From: an uncultured Candidatus Binatia bacterium
GTDB lineage: Bacteria; Desulfobacterota; Binatia; UBA9968; JAJDTQ01
Assembly: GCA_964291295.2 (NCBI GenBank)
Contig: OZ219754.1
Location: 2,464,001-2,528,000 of the forward strand
Direction: 5' to 3'
DNA: 64,000 bases
Part shown: piece after piece, positions 1-8,524 of the stretch
Layout: each line of letters opens with the position of its first letter
Position numbering within the stretch: position 1 is the stretch's first letter
Translations under genes and position numbers: made by a program
Notes under the pieces: model-generated
Database searches by the model: none
What the model was told of the DNA's origin: nothing
What the model saw: only the letters and a program-made list of their open reading frames with translations

Positions 1-56
1 AGCTCATCGGTCATCAGTTCATCAAGCATCTGAGGGATGTGGGGAGACTGTCCTGA
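1..56 (+). CDS. 3' end of upstream gene, probably a DNA (cytosine-5)-methyltransferase (partial)
   Basis: Frame from base 3 reads LIGHQFIKHLRDVGRLS*. TGA at 54-56 overlaps the next ATG (TGATG). The peptide resembles the helix after motif X (GNAVP) of C5-MTases, and MTases are typical neighbours of the downstream gene. Only 17 codons are visible. Confidence 0.4.
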   Translation, partial: LIGHQFIKHLRDVGRLS

Positions 57-3013
57 TGGCTACGTTCAAGACGCGTGCTCGCACACTGGACATGCTCGGT
101 CGGCAACAGATTGCCGGCATTCCGACTGCGATCAGCGAGCTGTTCAAGAACGCGCACGATGCCTATGCTGATCATGTCGAGATCGACTATTACCGCTCGG
201 ATGGCCTGTTCGTCTTGCGAGACGACGGAATCGGTATGAGTCGTGACGATTTCGTGACGCGGTGGCTTACAATCGGAACGGAAAGCAAGTTCGACCCGAA
301 TCGACCCCCACCGCAAGATCCAGACAAGAAACCGCGCCCGATGCTGGGGGAGAAGGGAATCGGAAGGCTTGCGATTGCGACCATTGGCCCGCAGCTTCTG
401 GTTCTCACTCGCCCGAAGGCTGACAACGGAGCCTCCGACCTGACGACAGCGTTCCTGAACTGGGGCATATTCGAATGGCCCGGCATAGACTTGGAGGACA
501 TTGAGATACCTCTACGGTCGTTTGCATCAGGTTCTCTGCCTTCGGCAAGAGACGTGGCGGACATGGTACAAGAATTTGGTAGGAGCGCCAAAAATATCGG
601 GCAGGATGTCGAGCATAACTTGTTGGAGAGGCTTGCAATGGAATTGGATCTCTTCGATATCGACCCGCGAGACATCGACTCCTATCTTGAAAAGCCATCA
701 CTCGGCGCGAACGGCAACGGCACGCATTTCATCATCAAGCCCGCCTGGCCGTTACTGGTTGACGACATCGACGGAGATCCTGCATCTAGCAAGGTAGCCG
801 TGCTGAAAAAGGCAACACCCTTGAAAAAGGCATTGCTGGGATTCAGCAACACCATGATGACACCCGACTCGCGATCCCTAATTCATACCTCATTTCGCGA
901 TCATAAGTCGGTCGACCTCGTCGAAGACCTGATTGCAGAGGGTGAATTCTTCACCGCAAATGAGCTTCAAAACGCAGACCACCGGATGAGCGGTACCTTT
1001 GACGCGTTCGGGCAATTCCGCGGCGAAATCTCGATCTACGGCGAAACAACCACCGATCATGTGATTCCTTGGAGAGGGGCGCGCGGTGTACCCACGCTCT
1101 GTGGTCCGTTCTCCATCGACTTCGCTGCTTTCGAAGGCGACAGCAGACACTCGACAATTCCATATGAGGAGCATGGGAGATTGACAAGCAAAACCGAACA
1201 ATTGGGTGGATTGTACATCTATAGAAACGGCATCCGGGTTCTTCCTTACGGCGACACAGATTACGATTGGCTGGACATAGAGTTTAGGCGAACAAAAAGC
1301 GCTTACTATTATTATTTTTCTCATCGAAAAATGTTCGGAGCAGTGAATCTCGATTCGGAAAGAAATTGGCAACTACAGGAAAAGGCTGGTCGAGAGGGGT
1401 TTCAGGAAAATAGAGCGTATCGTCAATTCAAATCGATTCTTCAAAATTTTTTTTTACAGATGGCGGCAGATTTTTTCCGTACAGAAGGGGCACATTCGGA
1501 GGTATTCGAGCTACGAAAGGCACAACTGTCCAAGGAGGATTATGCAAGAAAACAACGAGAAAAACAAGTTCTGGAGAGAAGAAGACAGTTTCTAGCTGAG
1601 TTGAATTCCTTTTTCGACAAACTCAAGAATGATGATCCGCAAGAAGAGATTTTGGCGTTGACGGAACACGTCGCGGCAGAATTGCAGAAGGTAAGCAGCA
1701 TACCGGACGGTCAACTCGCCGCACACAAAATCTTGGAGCTTGAGCGTCGGGCACAGATGGAGGTCAGAAACTTGGAAGCCCGCTACCGTATTTCACGACC
1801 TCGGATCGGACTGGCCAGGGCTGCAATTCGGGACTGGGAAGTGTACGTCGCAGAGTTTGCTGCGCTCCAAGACAATGTATTCAAGCCGGCACGTACCATG
1901 ATCGATGAGCTGGTCGGTGAAGAAGCAAGAAAGGCCGAATTGTCGCTTGATAGGCGTATCAGGACAGAGGCGGCATTGGACGATCTTGGGGAGGAGGCGC
2001 GGAAGATTACGGGTAAATCGGGGCAAGAAGTACGAGTGGAAGCGAACAAGGTCGCGTCAGAAGCGCGCGAGTTGGCGGGCCGATCTCTGAAGACCGTGGA
2101 ATCGGAACTACGGGAGGTGCTCAGCGAGTTCCAGCGAATGAACCTTACCGAGATGCCTGATGAGCTTTTTGTCGAAACAAGAAGCGCACTGGAGACCAGG
2201 GTATTGAGCGTAACAGAAAAACAAGGAGCATTGTTGCGTTCGGTTCTGGAGCAGCTTCAAGCTGTAGACGTGACGGGAGAAACCTCGACAACTGAGCAGT
2301 TGATGGCCATTGAGCAGCGGAACCTGTTGTTGGAGGAGGAGGCCGAGGCTGACGCGCAGCTGGCGCAGTTAGGAATGGCGATAGAAATCATAAACCACGA
2401 GTTTTCGGGAACAGTGCGGTCGATTCGGAACGGCTTGCGCAGATTGAAGGCTTGGGCTGATGTCAATGAAGAGTTGGGAGAGTTGCACGACAGTATTAGA
2501 ACCAGTTTTGATCACCTTGACGGATATCTGACGCTGTTCACGCCGTTGCAGCGGCGACTCTACAGGAAGCCCGTGGAGATCCGCGGTTCCGAGATTCGGA
2601 CTTTTTTGGAGGAACTGTTCCGTGCGCGTTTGGCACGCCATGCCGTGTCCTTCAAGGCGACAAGAGCCTTTAGAGATGCTAGAATCACTAGCTTTCCATC
2701 GAGCTTCTATCCTGTATTTGTGAATTTGGTGGACAACGCAATTTTTTGGCTGTCGCAACAGAACCCCCAAGAGGAACGAGCCATTGAGCTTGATGAGCGC
2801 GGCGGTGTGTTGCTTGTCTCTGATAACGGACCAGGAGTCGATGTGCGCGACCGGGAGGCGATTTTCGAGTTCGGCTTCAGCAGAAAGCCTGGCGGTCGAG
2901 GGATGGGTTTGCACATTGGGCGGGAAGCTCTACGCCGGGTCGGCTTCGATCTTCAGTTGCTCGAAGGCGACGGTGGCGCAACATTCGGCGTGGTCCCGGT
3001 GACAGAGCTATAG
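56..3013 (+). CDS. GHKL (paraMORC/HSP90-like) ATPase fused to HEF-type histidine kinase
   Basis: N-terminal GHKL motifs ELFKNAHDAYA, DDGIGM, GEKGIGRLA; long coiled coil; H-box IINHEF; C-terminal HATPase motifs NLVDNA, DNGPG, FxxGFS, GRGMGL. Confidence 0.9.
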   Translation: MATFKTRARTLDMLGRQQIAGIPTAISELFKNAHDAYADHVEIDYYRSDGLFVLRDDGIGMSRDDFVTRWLTIGTESKFDPNRPPPQDPDKKPRPMLGEKGIGRLAIATIGPQLLVLTRPKADNGASDLTTAFLNWGIFEWPGIDLEDIEIPLRSFASGSLPSARDVADMVQEFGRSAKNIGQDVEHNLLERLAMELDLFDIDPRDIDSYLEKPSLGANGNGTHFIIKPAWPLLVDDIDGDPASSKVAVLKKATPLKKALLGFSNTMMTPDSRSLIHTSFRDHKSVDLVEDLIAEGEFFTANELQNADHRMSGTFDAFGQFRGEISIYGETTTDHVIPWRGARGVPTLCGPFSIDFAAFEGDSRHSTIPYEEHGRLTSKTEQLGGLYIYRNGIRVLPYGDTDYDWLDIEFRRTKSAYYYYFSHRKMFGAVNLDSERNWQLQEKAGREGFQENRAYRQFKSILQNFFLQMAADFFRTEGAHSEVFELRKAQLSKEDYARKQREKQVLERRRQFLAELNSFFDKLKNDDPQEEILALTEHVAAELQKVSSIPDGQLAAHKILELERRAQMEVRNLEARYRISRPRIGLARAAIRDWEVYVAEFAALQDNVFKPARTMIDELVGEEARKAELSLDRRIRTEAALDDLGEEARKITGKSGQEVRVEANKVASEARELAGRSLKTVESELREVLSEFQRMNLTEMPDELFVETRSALETRVLSVTEKQGALLRSVLEQLQAVDVTGETSTTEQLMAIEQRNLLLEEEAEADAQLAQLGMAIEIINHEFSGTVRSIRNGLRRLKAWADVNEELGELHDSIRTSFDHLDGYLTLFTPLQRRLYRKPVEIRGSEIRTFLEELFRARLARHAVSFKATRAFRDARITSFPSSFYPVFVNLVDNAIFWLSQQNPQEERAIELDERGGVLLVSDNGPGVDVRDREAIFEFGFSRKPGGRGMGLHIGREALRRVGFDLQLLEGDGGATFGVVPVTEL

Positions 3014-3022
3014 GGGAGGGCG

Positions 3023-4582
3023 ATGGCGGACGAATCGATATCTGGCAACGACGACTTGGCGCGGCGTTTCCTTCAAACAGCGGTAGTGGTTGACGACGAG
3101 GCGCATATGCCATTCGCCGGAGATAGTCAGCCAGAGGCAGGACTGGTGGTACCGGGCCGGCGCACACGGACATTGAGCCGGGATAGCCGGGGCACAGCAG
3201 GTCGCGACTCGATTCATACCTTGGATGCAGCTTCGATCATGGATGCCTTTTCAGGCCTTGGTGTCATCTGCGGAGTGGTCGGTCCCACGGATTCAGCGAT
3301 GAAAACGATGAGAAAGGCCGACATCGTGATCCTCGACTGGCTTCTGAAGGACGGCGAGTCCCGGTATACGCTGAAGTTGATTCGGGAACTGCTGGCAGGG
3401 GAAGAAGCGGACAGGAACTCACTTCGAATCGTGGCTATATATACCGGAGAGGCCAGGTTGGAAGAAATTTCCACGGCCGTCTTCGAGGAATTGCAGCAAG
3501 CCGGACTCGATCCCGATTGGGTGGGGGAAACAAAGGTAAAAATCTCATACCGACATGGTTGCGTTGTTCTCTACGCCAAATCCAACGTAAATCTGGTGGA
3601 GCATTTGAAGAGCAGGAGTGTTGCTGAGGAAATCCTGCCGGAGAGGTTGGTAGAGGATTTTGCGTTGATGACTCGCGGTTTACTTCCTGGTATTGCGCTA
3701 ACCTCGCTGACGGCGGTTAGAGAGGGGGCGCATCAGGTCTTGGACCAATTCAGCGCTGAATTGGATCCCGCGTTTCTTGCTCACAGAGCATGTCTTTCCA
3801 GTCCAGAAAATGCAGAACAACAGATCGTAAATCATGTTGCTGAAGAGCTTCGCGGTCTGATGGACAACGCTGTTTCAGGAGTATCTCCCGCAAGCGCGAA
3901 AGCTGTCGAGAGTTGGATACGGCGCAACGGAACGGTGAACTTTGTGTTCGGCGACCGGCGTCTCGATCTGGAACAGACCATCGTGTTGGCGAACAAGGGG
4001 TTGATGGAAAGCGAGCTAAGACATAACGCATTTGAAGGACTCTCTGCCGGCTTCGCGGGCCATGATGCTGGCGGTCTTGATGAGCGGCTGGCTTGGATCA
4101 TGAGTTCCCGAACGGTATACAGAGCGCCACCGCCGATTTTGTGGTTGGGTGCCTTCATCACGATGTCCAAGTCTGATGGCGAACAGCATTTGATCTGTAT
4201 GAGGCCTCGATGTGATTGCGTAAGGTTGAATAAAGAAACTACGTTCTTTTTTCTGCCATTGGCTACCCCAAAGGAAGGAATGGAGCAAATCATCTTAAAC
4301 GTCAATGATACATTTGAGCGACTGGGCATCGAAAGTGATCCAAGCGGCTGGGTTCTTCGACAATTCAAACCATTTGAGGGTAATGGCGTCGTAACCGCAA
4401 CAAAGCGGGAATCAGATGGTGGCTTCGAGTTTGCGGATACCAATGACAATCGGTACAAGTGGCGAGGAGAACTCAAGGCCGAGTATGCTCAAAGGATCGC
4501 CCAGAAATTTGGAACGACTCTGAGTCGCGTTGCGATTGATGAGTCGGAATGGCTTAGGAGGATGGCCAGAAAAGGACGCTGA
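3023..4582 (+). CDS. Atypical response-regulator receiver-domain protein (Response_reg_2-like)
   Basis: VVVDDE acidic pair, IVILDW phosphoacceptor strand, IYTG. SD GGGGAGG upstream. Starts 9 nt after the kinase gene. The C-terminal region with RPRCDCVR is unassigned. Confidence 0.8.
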   Translation: MADESISGNDDLARRFLQTAVVVDDEAHMPFAGDSQPEAGLVVPGRRTRTLSRDSRGTAGRDSIHTLDAASIMDAFSGLGVICGVVGPTDSAMKTMRKADIVILDWLLKDGESRYTLKLIRELLAGEEADRNSLRIVAIYTGEARLEEISTAVFEELQQAGLDPDWVGETKVKISYRHGCVVLYAKSNVNLVEHLKSRSVAEEILPERLVEDFALMTRGLLPGIALTSLTAVREGAHQVLDQFSAELDPAFLAHRACLSSPENAEQQIVNHVAEELRGLMDNAVSGVSPASAKAVESWIRRNGTVNFVFGDRRLDLEQTIVLANKGLMESELRHNAFEGLSAGFAGHDAGGLDERLAWIMSSRTVYRAPPPILWLGAFITMSKSDGEQHLICMRPRCDCVRLNKETTFFFLPLATPKEGMEQIILNVNDTFERLGIESDPSGWVLRQFKPFEGNGVVTATKRESDGGFEFADTNDNRYKWRGELKAEYAQRIAQKFGTTLSRVAIDESEWLRRMARKGR

Positions 4583-6013
4583 CTATTCCAGCCTACGGCA
4601 GCGCGAAATTTGGGACAACTGATAAGGATGTGCCTGTCCGGTTACAACGAGTCCAAGCTCGGGTGCGTAGGCGGCACCCCCGCATGGCTTTCCGGCTTCG
4701 CGCCATCCGACGCCGACGGCAGGGGATCTACAGATCTGACCTCGAGGGAGGATCGCCCTTTCTCCGGCGACACCGGGCCTTGATGACACGAGCATGTCGC
4801 CCCATGCATCGCCGTGCTCCGCCTCGTCCGGCAGCGGCTGCGCCTCCGCCCTGTATCCCATGGCTCGCGCGATGACGGCCGCGGCCTGCGCGGCGGCGTC
4901 ACGCAGCGCGCCGTCGTCGAGATGGGCGTAGATCGCGGTGGTCTCCCGCTTGCGGTGTCCGAGCAGCCATCCGACCGTGGTGAGCCCGACGCCGTTCATG
5001 ACGCCCTGGGAGGCCCAGGTGTGGCGGCAGTCGTGGATGCGAAGGCCGGGAAGCCTCGCCTCGTCGCGGATACCGCACCAGAAGGTGTAGAGCCGGGACG
5101 ATGTGAGGGTCTCGGGGAACACCCGCTCCCGGCCATCCGGCCGCGGCGGTTCCACGATCAGCCGTGCCGCTTCCGGCCCCAGGCAGGTGGTGCGCGGCCC
5201 GGTTTTGGAGCCTTCGATGCGCGCGCTCGCGCCGTCTCCGGTCAGCTCTCCGATCTCGTCCCACCTGATGTTGATGACTTCGGAGAGCCGCGCCCCGGTG
5301 AGCGTCAGCAGCCGGATGGCCGCCACCGGCCAGGGGTGTTCCTCCCGGTGGCGGTCGAGCACCGCGCCGAGACGCTCCAGCTCTTCGCGGTCGAGATAAC
5401 GCGCGACGGGCTTGCGGGGGTTCTTCACGATGTTGGCGCAGGCATCGGGGACATGCTCGCCGAGGTCGCCCCACTGGCGGGCCGTCCCGAGCATGGCGCG
5501 GAGTATCTCGAAGGCGCGGTTGGCGGCGCCGGGCCTGTCCGCGCTGGCGGCGTCGAACCTCGCCGAGACCCGCGCAGGGTCGATGGCGTCGAGCCGGAGC
5601 CTGCCGAAATGCGGCATCAGGCGGTTCTTCAGGTAGATGTCGAAGGTCACGAGCGAGGACGGTTTCCAGCGGTGTTTCCGCCGCGAGCGGTAACGGGCGG
5701 CGAAGTTCCGGAACAGCGGCGCCTTCTCCTTGCGCGGCGGCGTCACGTCCTCGCCGCCCCACAGGCGGGCGAGCACGGCCGCGCCTTCCCGGCGGGCCGC
5801 GTCGAGAGGCAGTTCGGGGAAGCGCCCGAGGGTGATCTTGCGCATGCGTCCTTTCACGCGGGTCTGGACGATCCAGGACCTGACGCCGGAGGGCTGCACC
5901 CTGACCCCGAAATGCGCCAGCAGACTGTCCCACAGGGTGTATTCCCGTTCCGCCGGCTTCGCGGCGGCGACGGCCTTCACGGTGAGCCGGATACGATGCC
6001 TGCCGCCGCTCAT
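4583..6013 (-). CDS. Tyrosine recombinase/integrase 2 with N-terminal arm-binding domain
   Basis: Starts MSGGRHRIRLTVKAV..YTLWDS..FGVRVQPSG (arm-binding type). Catalytic TGAR, SKTG, HDCRH, LGH, TAIYAH. ATG at 6013 overlaps the stop of integrase 1 (ATGA), with SD GGAGGG upstream. Confidence 0.9.
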   Translation of the reverse strand: MSGGRHRIRLTVKAVAAAKPAEREYTLWDSLLAHFGVRVQPSGVRSWIVQTRVKGRMRKITLGRFPELPLDAARREGAAVLARLWGGEDVTPPRKEKAPLFRNFAARYRSRRKHRWKPSSLVTFDIYLKNRLMPHFGRLRLDAIDPARVSARFDAASADRPGAANRAFEILRAMLGTARQWGDLGEHVPDACANIVKNPRKPVARYLDREELERLGAVLDRHREEHPWPVAAIRLLTLTGARLSEVINIRWDEIGELTGDGASARIEGSKTGPRTTCLGPEAARLIVEPPRPDGRERVFPETLTSSRLYTFWCGIRDEARLPGLRIHDCRHTWASQGVMNGVGLTTVGWLLGHRKRETTAIYAHLDDGALRDAAAQAAAVIARAMGYRAEAQPLPDEAEHGDAWGDMLVSSRPGVAGERAILPRGQICRSPAVGVGWREAGKPCGGAAYAPELGLVVTGQAHPYQLSQISRCRRLE

Positions 6014-7152
6014 CGTGTGCCCTCCTTCCCGCTTCCGGTCATGGCGCCGTGTACGATGCCGGAGATGCGCCCGGCCGCCTCGCGGACATGCTCGTCGGCG
6101 AGATGGGCGTAGCGTTCGGTGGAGGCGACATCGGCATGGCCGAGCAGGCGGCCGACGGTGTAGAGGTCGAGACCGCTCATCACGGCATGGGAGGCGAAGG
6201 TATGCCGGCAGTCGTGGATGCGCACGTCGTCCAGCCCGGCGAGATTGCGCAGCTTCTGCCAGCGCAGCCCGAGGTCGGTCATCGGGCCGTCGCCCTTCCT
6301 GTTCGGGAAGACGAAGCGTCCTTCGCGCGGCAGGGTGTTGAGCACCGCCCGCGCGGGCGGGGGAAGCTGGACCGCCTTCGGCCCGGTCTTGGAGTCGGGC
6401 AACACCGCGGGTGTGTCCCGTATCCAGTCCCATTGCAGGCCGGCGATCTCGGACGACCGGGCGCCGGTGAACAGCAGCAGGCGGACGGCGGCGGCGGCCT
6501 GCCGGTCCTCCGCATGGCCGAGCACGAAACCGAGGCGCTTGAGTTCCTCCAGGGAGAGGAACCGCTCGCGCGGCGCCGTCCTGTAGCGCCGCATGTTGCG
6601 GCAGGGGTTGGAGCCCTGCGGGCGAAGGTTCCAGAGTTCCGCCTGCCGCATCATCACCGACAGCACCGGCAGGGTCCGGTTGGCGCTTCCGGGGGCGCCG
6701 CCGAGGGAATCGAACCAGCGCCGCACATCGGCGCGGTCGATCCCGGCGCCGGGCATCGCGCCGAAGAAGGGCACGAGGCGGTGCTTGATCAGGTGGGCGT
6801 TGCCCTTCCTCGTGGAGTGCTTCCAGCGCCGCCCTTGACGGCGCATGAAGTCGGCCGCGAAGTCGGCGAACAGCGGCCCGGTCTCGCGGTCGGCTTTGGC
6901 TTCGGCGATGGCGGCAAGGGCCTTCTCCCTCGCCTCGGCGGCGGTCATCTCGTCGGTCGTGCCGAGGACGATCTTCGGGGCGCCGATGGGGCGTGAGGCC
7001 CGGACGAAGAAGGTCTTGGTCCCGTTCCCGACGACGGTGAAGCCGAAGGCGGGCAGGTTCCTGTCGATGACGGTCAGACCGTATCGTCCGGGTTTCTTCT
7101 CCCTGAAGGTGCGGCGGGCCGTCCGCTCGTTGACGGGGGCATGGATGCGCAT
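6010..7152 (-). CDS. Tyrosine recombinase/integrase 1
   Basis: TGARSSEI, DSKTG, RIHDCRH, LLGH, TERYAH. Start placed at ATG 7152 (MRIHAPV) behind GGAGA. Confidence 0.9.
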   Translation of the reverse strand: MRIHAPVNERTARRTFREKKPGRYGLTVIDRNLPAFGFTVVGNGTKTFFVRASRPIGAPKIVLGTTDEMTAAEAREKALAAIAEAKADRETGPLFADFAADFMRRQGRRWKHSTRKGNAHLIKHRLVPFFGAMPGAGIDRADVRRWFDSLGGAPGSANRTLPVLSVMMRQAELWNLRPQGSNPCRNMRRYRTAPRERFLSLEELKRLGFVLGHAEDRQAAAAVRLLLFTGARSSEIAGLQWDWIRDTPAVLPDSKTGPKAVQLPPPARAVLNTLPREGRFVFPNRKGDGPMTDLGLRWQKLRNLAGLDDVRIHDCRHTFASHAVMSGLDLYTVGRLLGHADVASTERYAHLADEHVREAAGRISGIVHGAMTGSGKEGTR

Positions 7153-7426
7153 GGGCGTGTCTCCGTTGTCTGTTCCCTCGGGCGCCGTCCGTCCCGGGGG
7201 AACGGAACGACGCTCTTGAACGGACAACGCGCCCCGCGTGGGGGACCGCGGCCAGAGGCCGGATCAGGCCCAACCGTCTGTCACGCAACGGAAAACTCCC
7301 CACCGATGCAGGCCGGCCTGGCCTCGCTCTTTGCATCAAGGATGCGTGGGGTGTGCTATGGTTCGCTATGGTTGCGGTCCGCGCACCCGGCCTTCACCGG
7401 CATCGCGCGTACCGGCTTGCCTTCCC

Positions 7427-8314
7427 ATGATCGACGCCACCACCGAAGCCATCCTCTACGCCCTTGCCGCCGGCGTCATCTGGGGCGTGGCCCCGGCCCT
7501 GCTCAGGAAGGGCATGGCCGAGTCCAGCGTGAGCATGGCCACGATGCTGGCCCAGTACGGATCCCTGGCGGCCTTGGTGGCGGCGACCATGTGGCGCGGG
7601 GAGTTCGTGGCGCTGGACTGGCCTCCGCTGCTCTCCTTCATGCTCACGGGTGTTGCCGCCTGCCTGGGGAAAGTCTTTCTCAATCGGGGCATCGCCAGCG
7701 TGGGGGCGTCGAGGTCGGTGACGGTGAAGAACTCCTCGCCGCTCATCACCGTGCTGCTCGGATGGGCGCTGCTGGGCGAGCGGGTGGGTTGGGAGATCAC
7801 CGCGGGGGTGGTGGTGATGGTGGCCGGCGTGCTGTTGCTGACGGTGAGCCCGCTGAAGGGGGGGAAGGCCCCGGACCGACCGGCCGGTCTCATCTATCCG
7901 TTCCTGTCGTCGCTGGCGTTCGGGATCAATCCGATATTCAAGAAGTGGGGACTGGTGGCTGCCGCCGTGCCCGCCCTGGGAACGCTGGTCAACCACATGA
8001 CCGCCACGGTGCTCCTGTTTACCGCCGGCCCGTCGCTGGGCATCCATCCGTGGCGGCGGGAGAGGGTACCGCTCAAGAGCGCGGCGCTCTTCGGCATCTC
8101 CGGCATTGCCGAGGCCATGGCGTCGCTGTGCACGTACAAGGCGTTGCTGCTGGCGTCCGCGGTCCTGGTGGCGCCCATCTGGCGCATCTCGCCGCTCATC
8201 ACCTTTGTCCTGTCCCGTTTCACCCTCCGTGCCCTGGAGAGCGTGACCCCGCGGGACGGTCTGGCCGCGGTTCTCATTGTCGCCGGCGTGTGGGTGCTCG
8301 CCCACGGCAGCTGA
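7427..8314 (+). CDS. EamA/DMT family transporter
   Basis: About 10 hydrophobic helices in two repeats; SPLITVLLGWALLGE motif. Confidence 0.85.
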   Translation: MIDATTEAILYALAAGVIWGVAPALLRKGMAESSVSMATMLAQYGSLAALVAATMWRGEFVALDWPPLLSFMLTGVAACLGKVFLNRGIASVGASRSVTVKNSSPLITVLLGWALLGERVGWEITAGVVVMVAGVLLLTVSPLKGGKAPDRPAGLIYPFLSSLAFGINPIFKKWGLVAAAVPALGTLVNHMTATVLLFTAGPSLGIHPWRRERVPLKSAALFGISGIAEAMASLCTYKALLLASAVLVAPIWRISPLITFVLSRFTLRALESVTPRDGLAAVLIVAGVWVLAHGS

Positions 8315-8395
8315 AGGGCCGCGGTCCGCGGACGGGACGCGGCCGTGCGGCCCCGGGAGACCTGGGAGCACGGCGTTCCCGGCCAGACACCTGAA

Positions 8396-8439
8396 GACCT
8401 GACTCCGCGGCCCGGGGGACCTGACTCCGCGGCCCTGGG
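8396..8439. repeat. 22-bp tandem duplication
   Basis: GACCTGACTCCGCGGCCC core repeated with 22-bp period, upstream of TTGACA at 8471. Confidence 0.8.
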
Positions 8440-8524
8440 GCGAAGCCGGCGGAGGTCCGGTTCCGCGCCGTTGACAAACCCGGCGCGGCCCCGCACACCT
8501 TACGGACTCTCAGGGAGGTGACCG

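Larger units (their letters stand above)
1..7240. mobile_element. Right part of a putative integrated element or defence island (left end outside window)
   Basis: Lower-GC RM-associated cassette directly abutting two tyrosine recombinases. Host-like genes resume at 7427. The exact att boundary was not identified. Confidence 0.6.

Noticed and set aside
4583-7339. 918-aa ORF as a single giant integrase or frameshift fusion
   Set aside because: The first ~440 aa are an Arg/Pro-rich alternative frame over integrase 1. Integrase 2 has its own SD and ATG at 6013, and no slippery site was seen.
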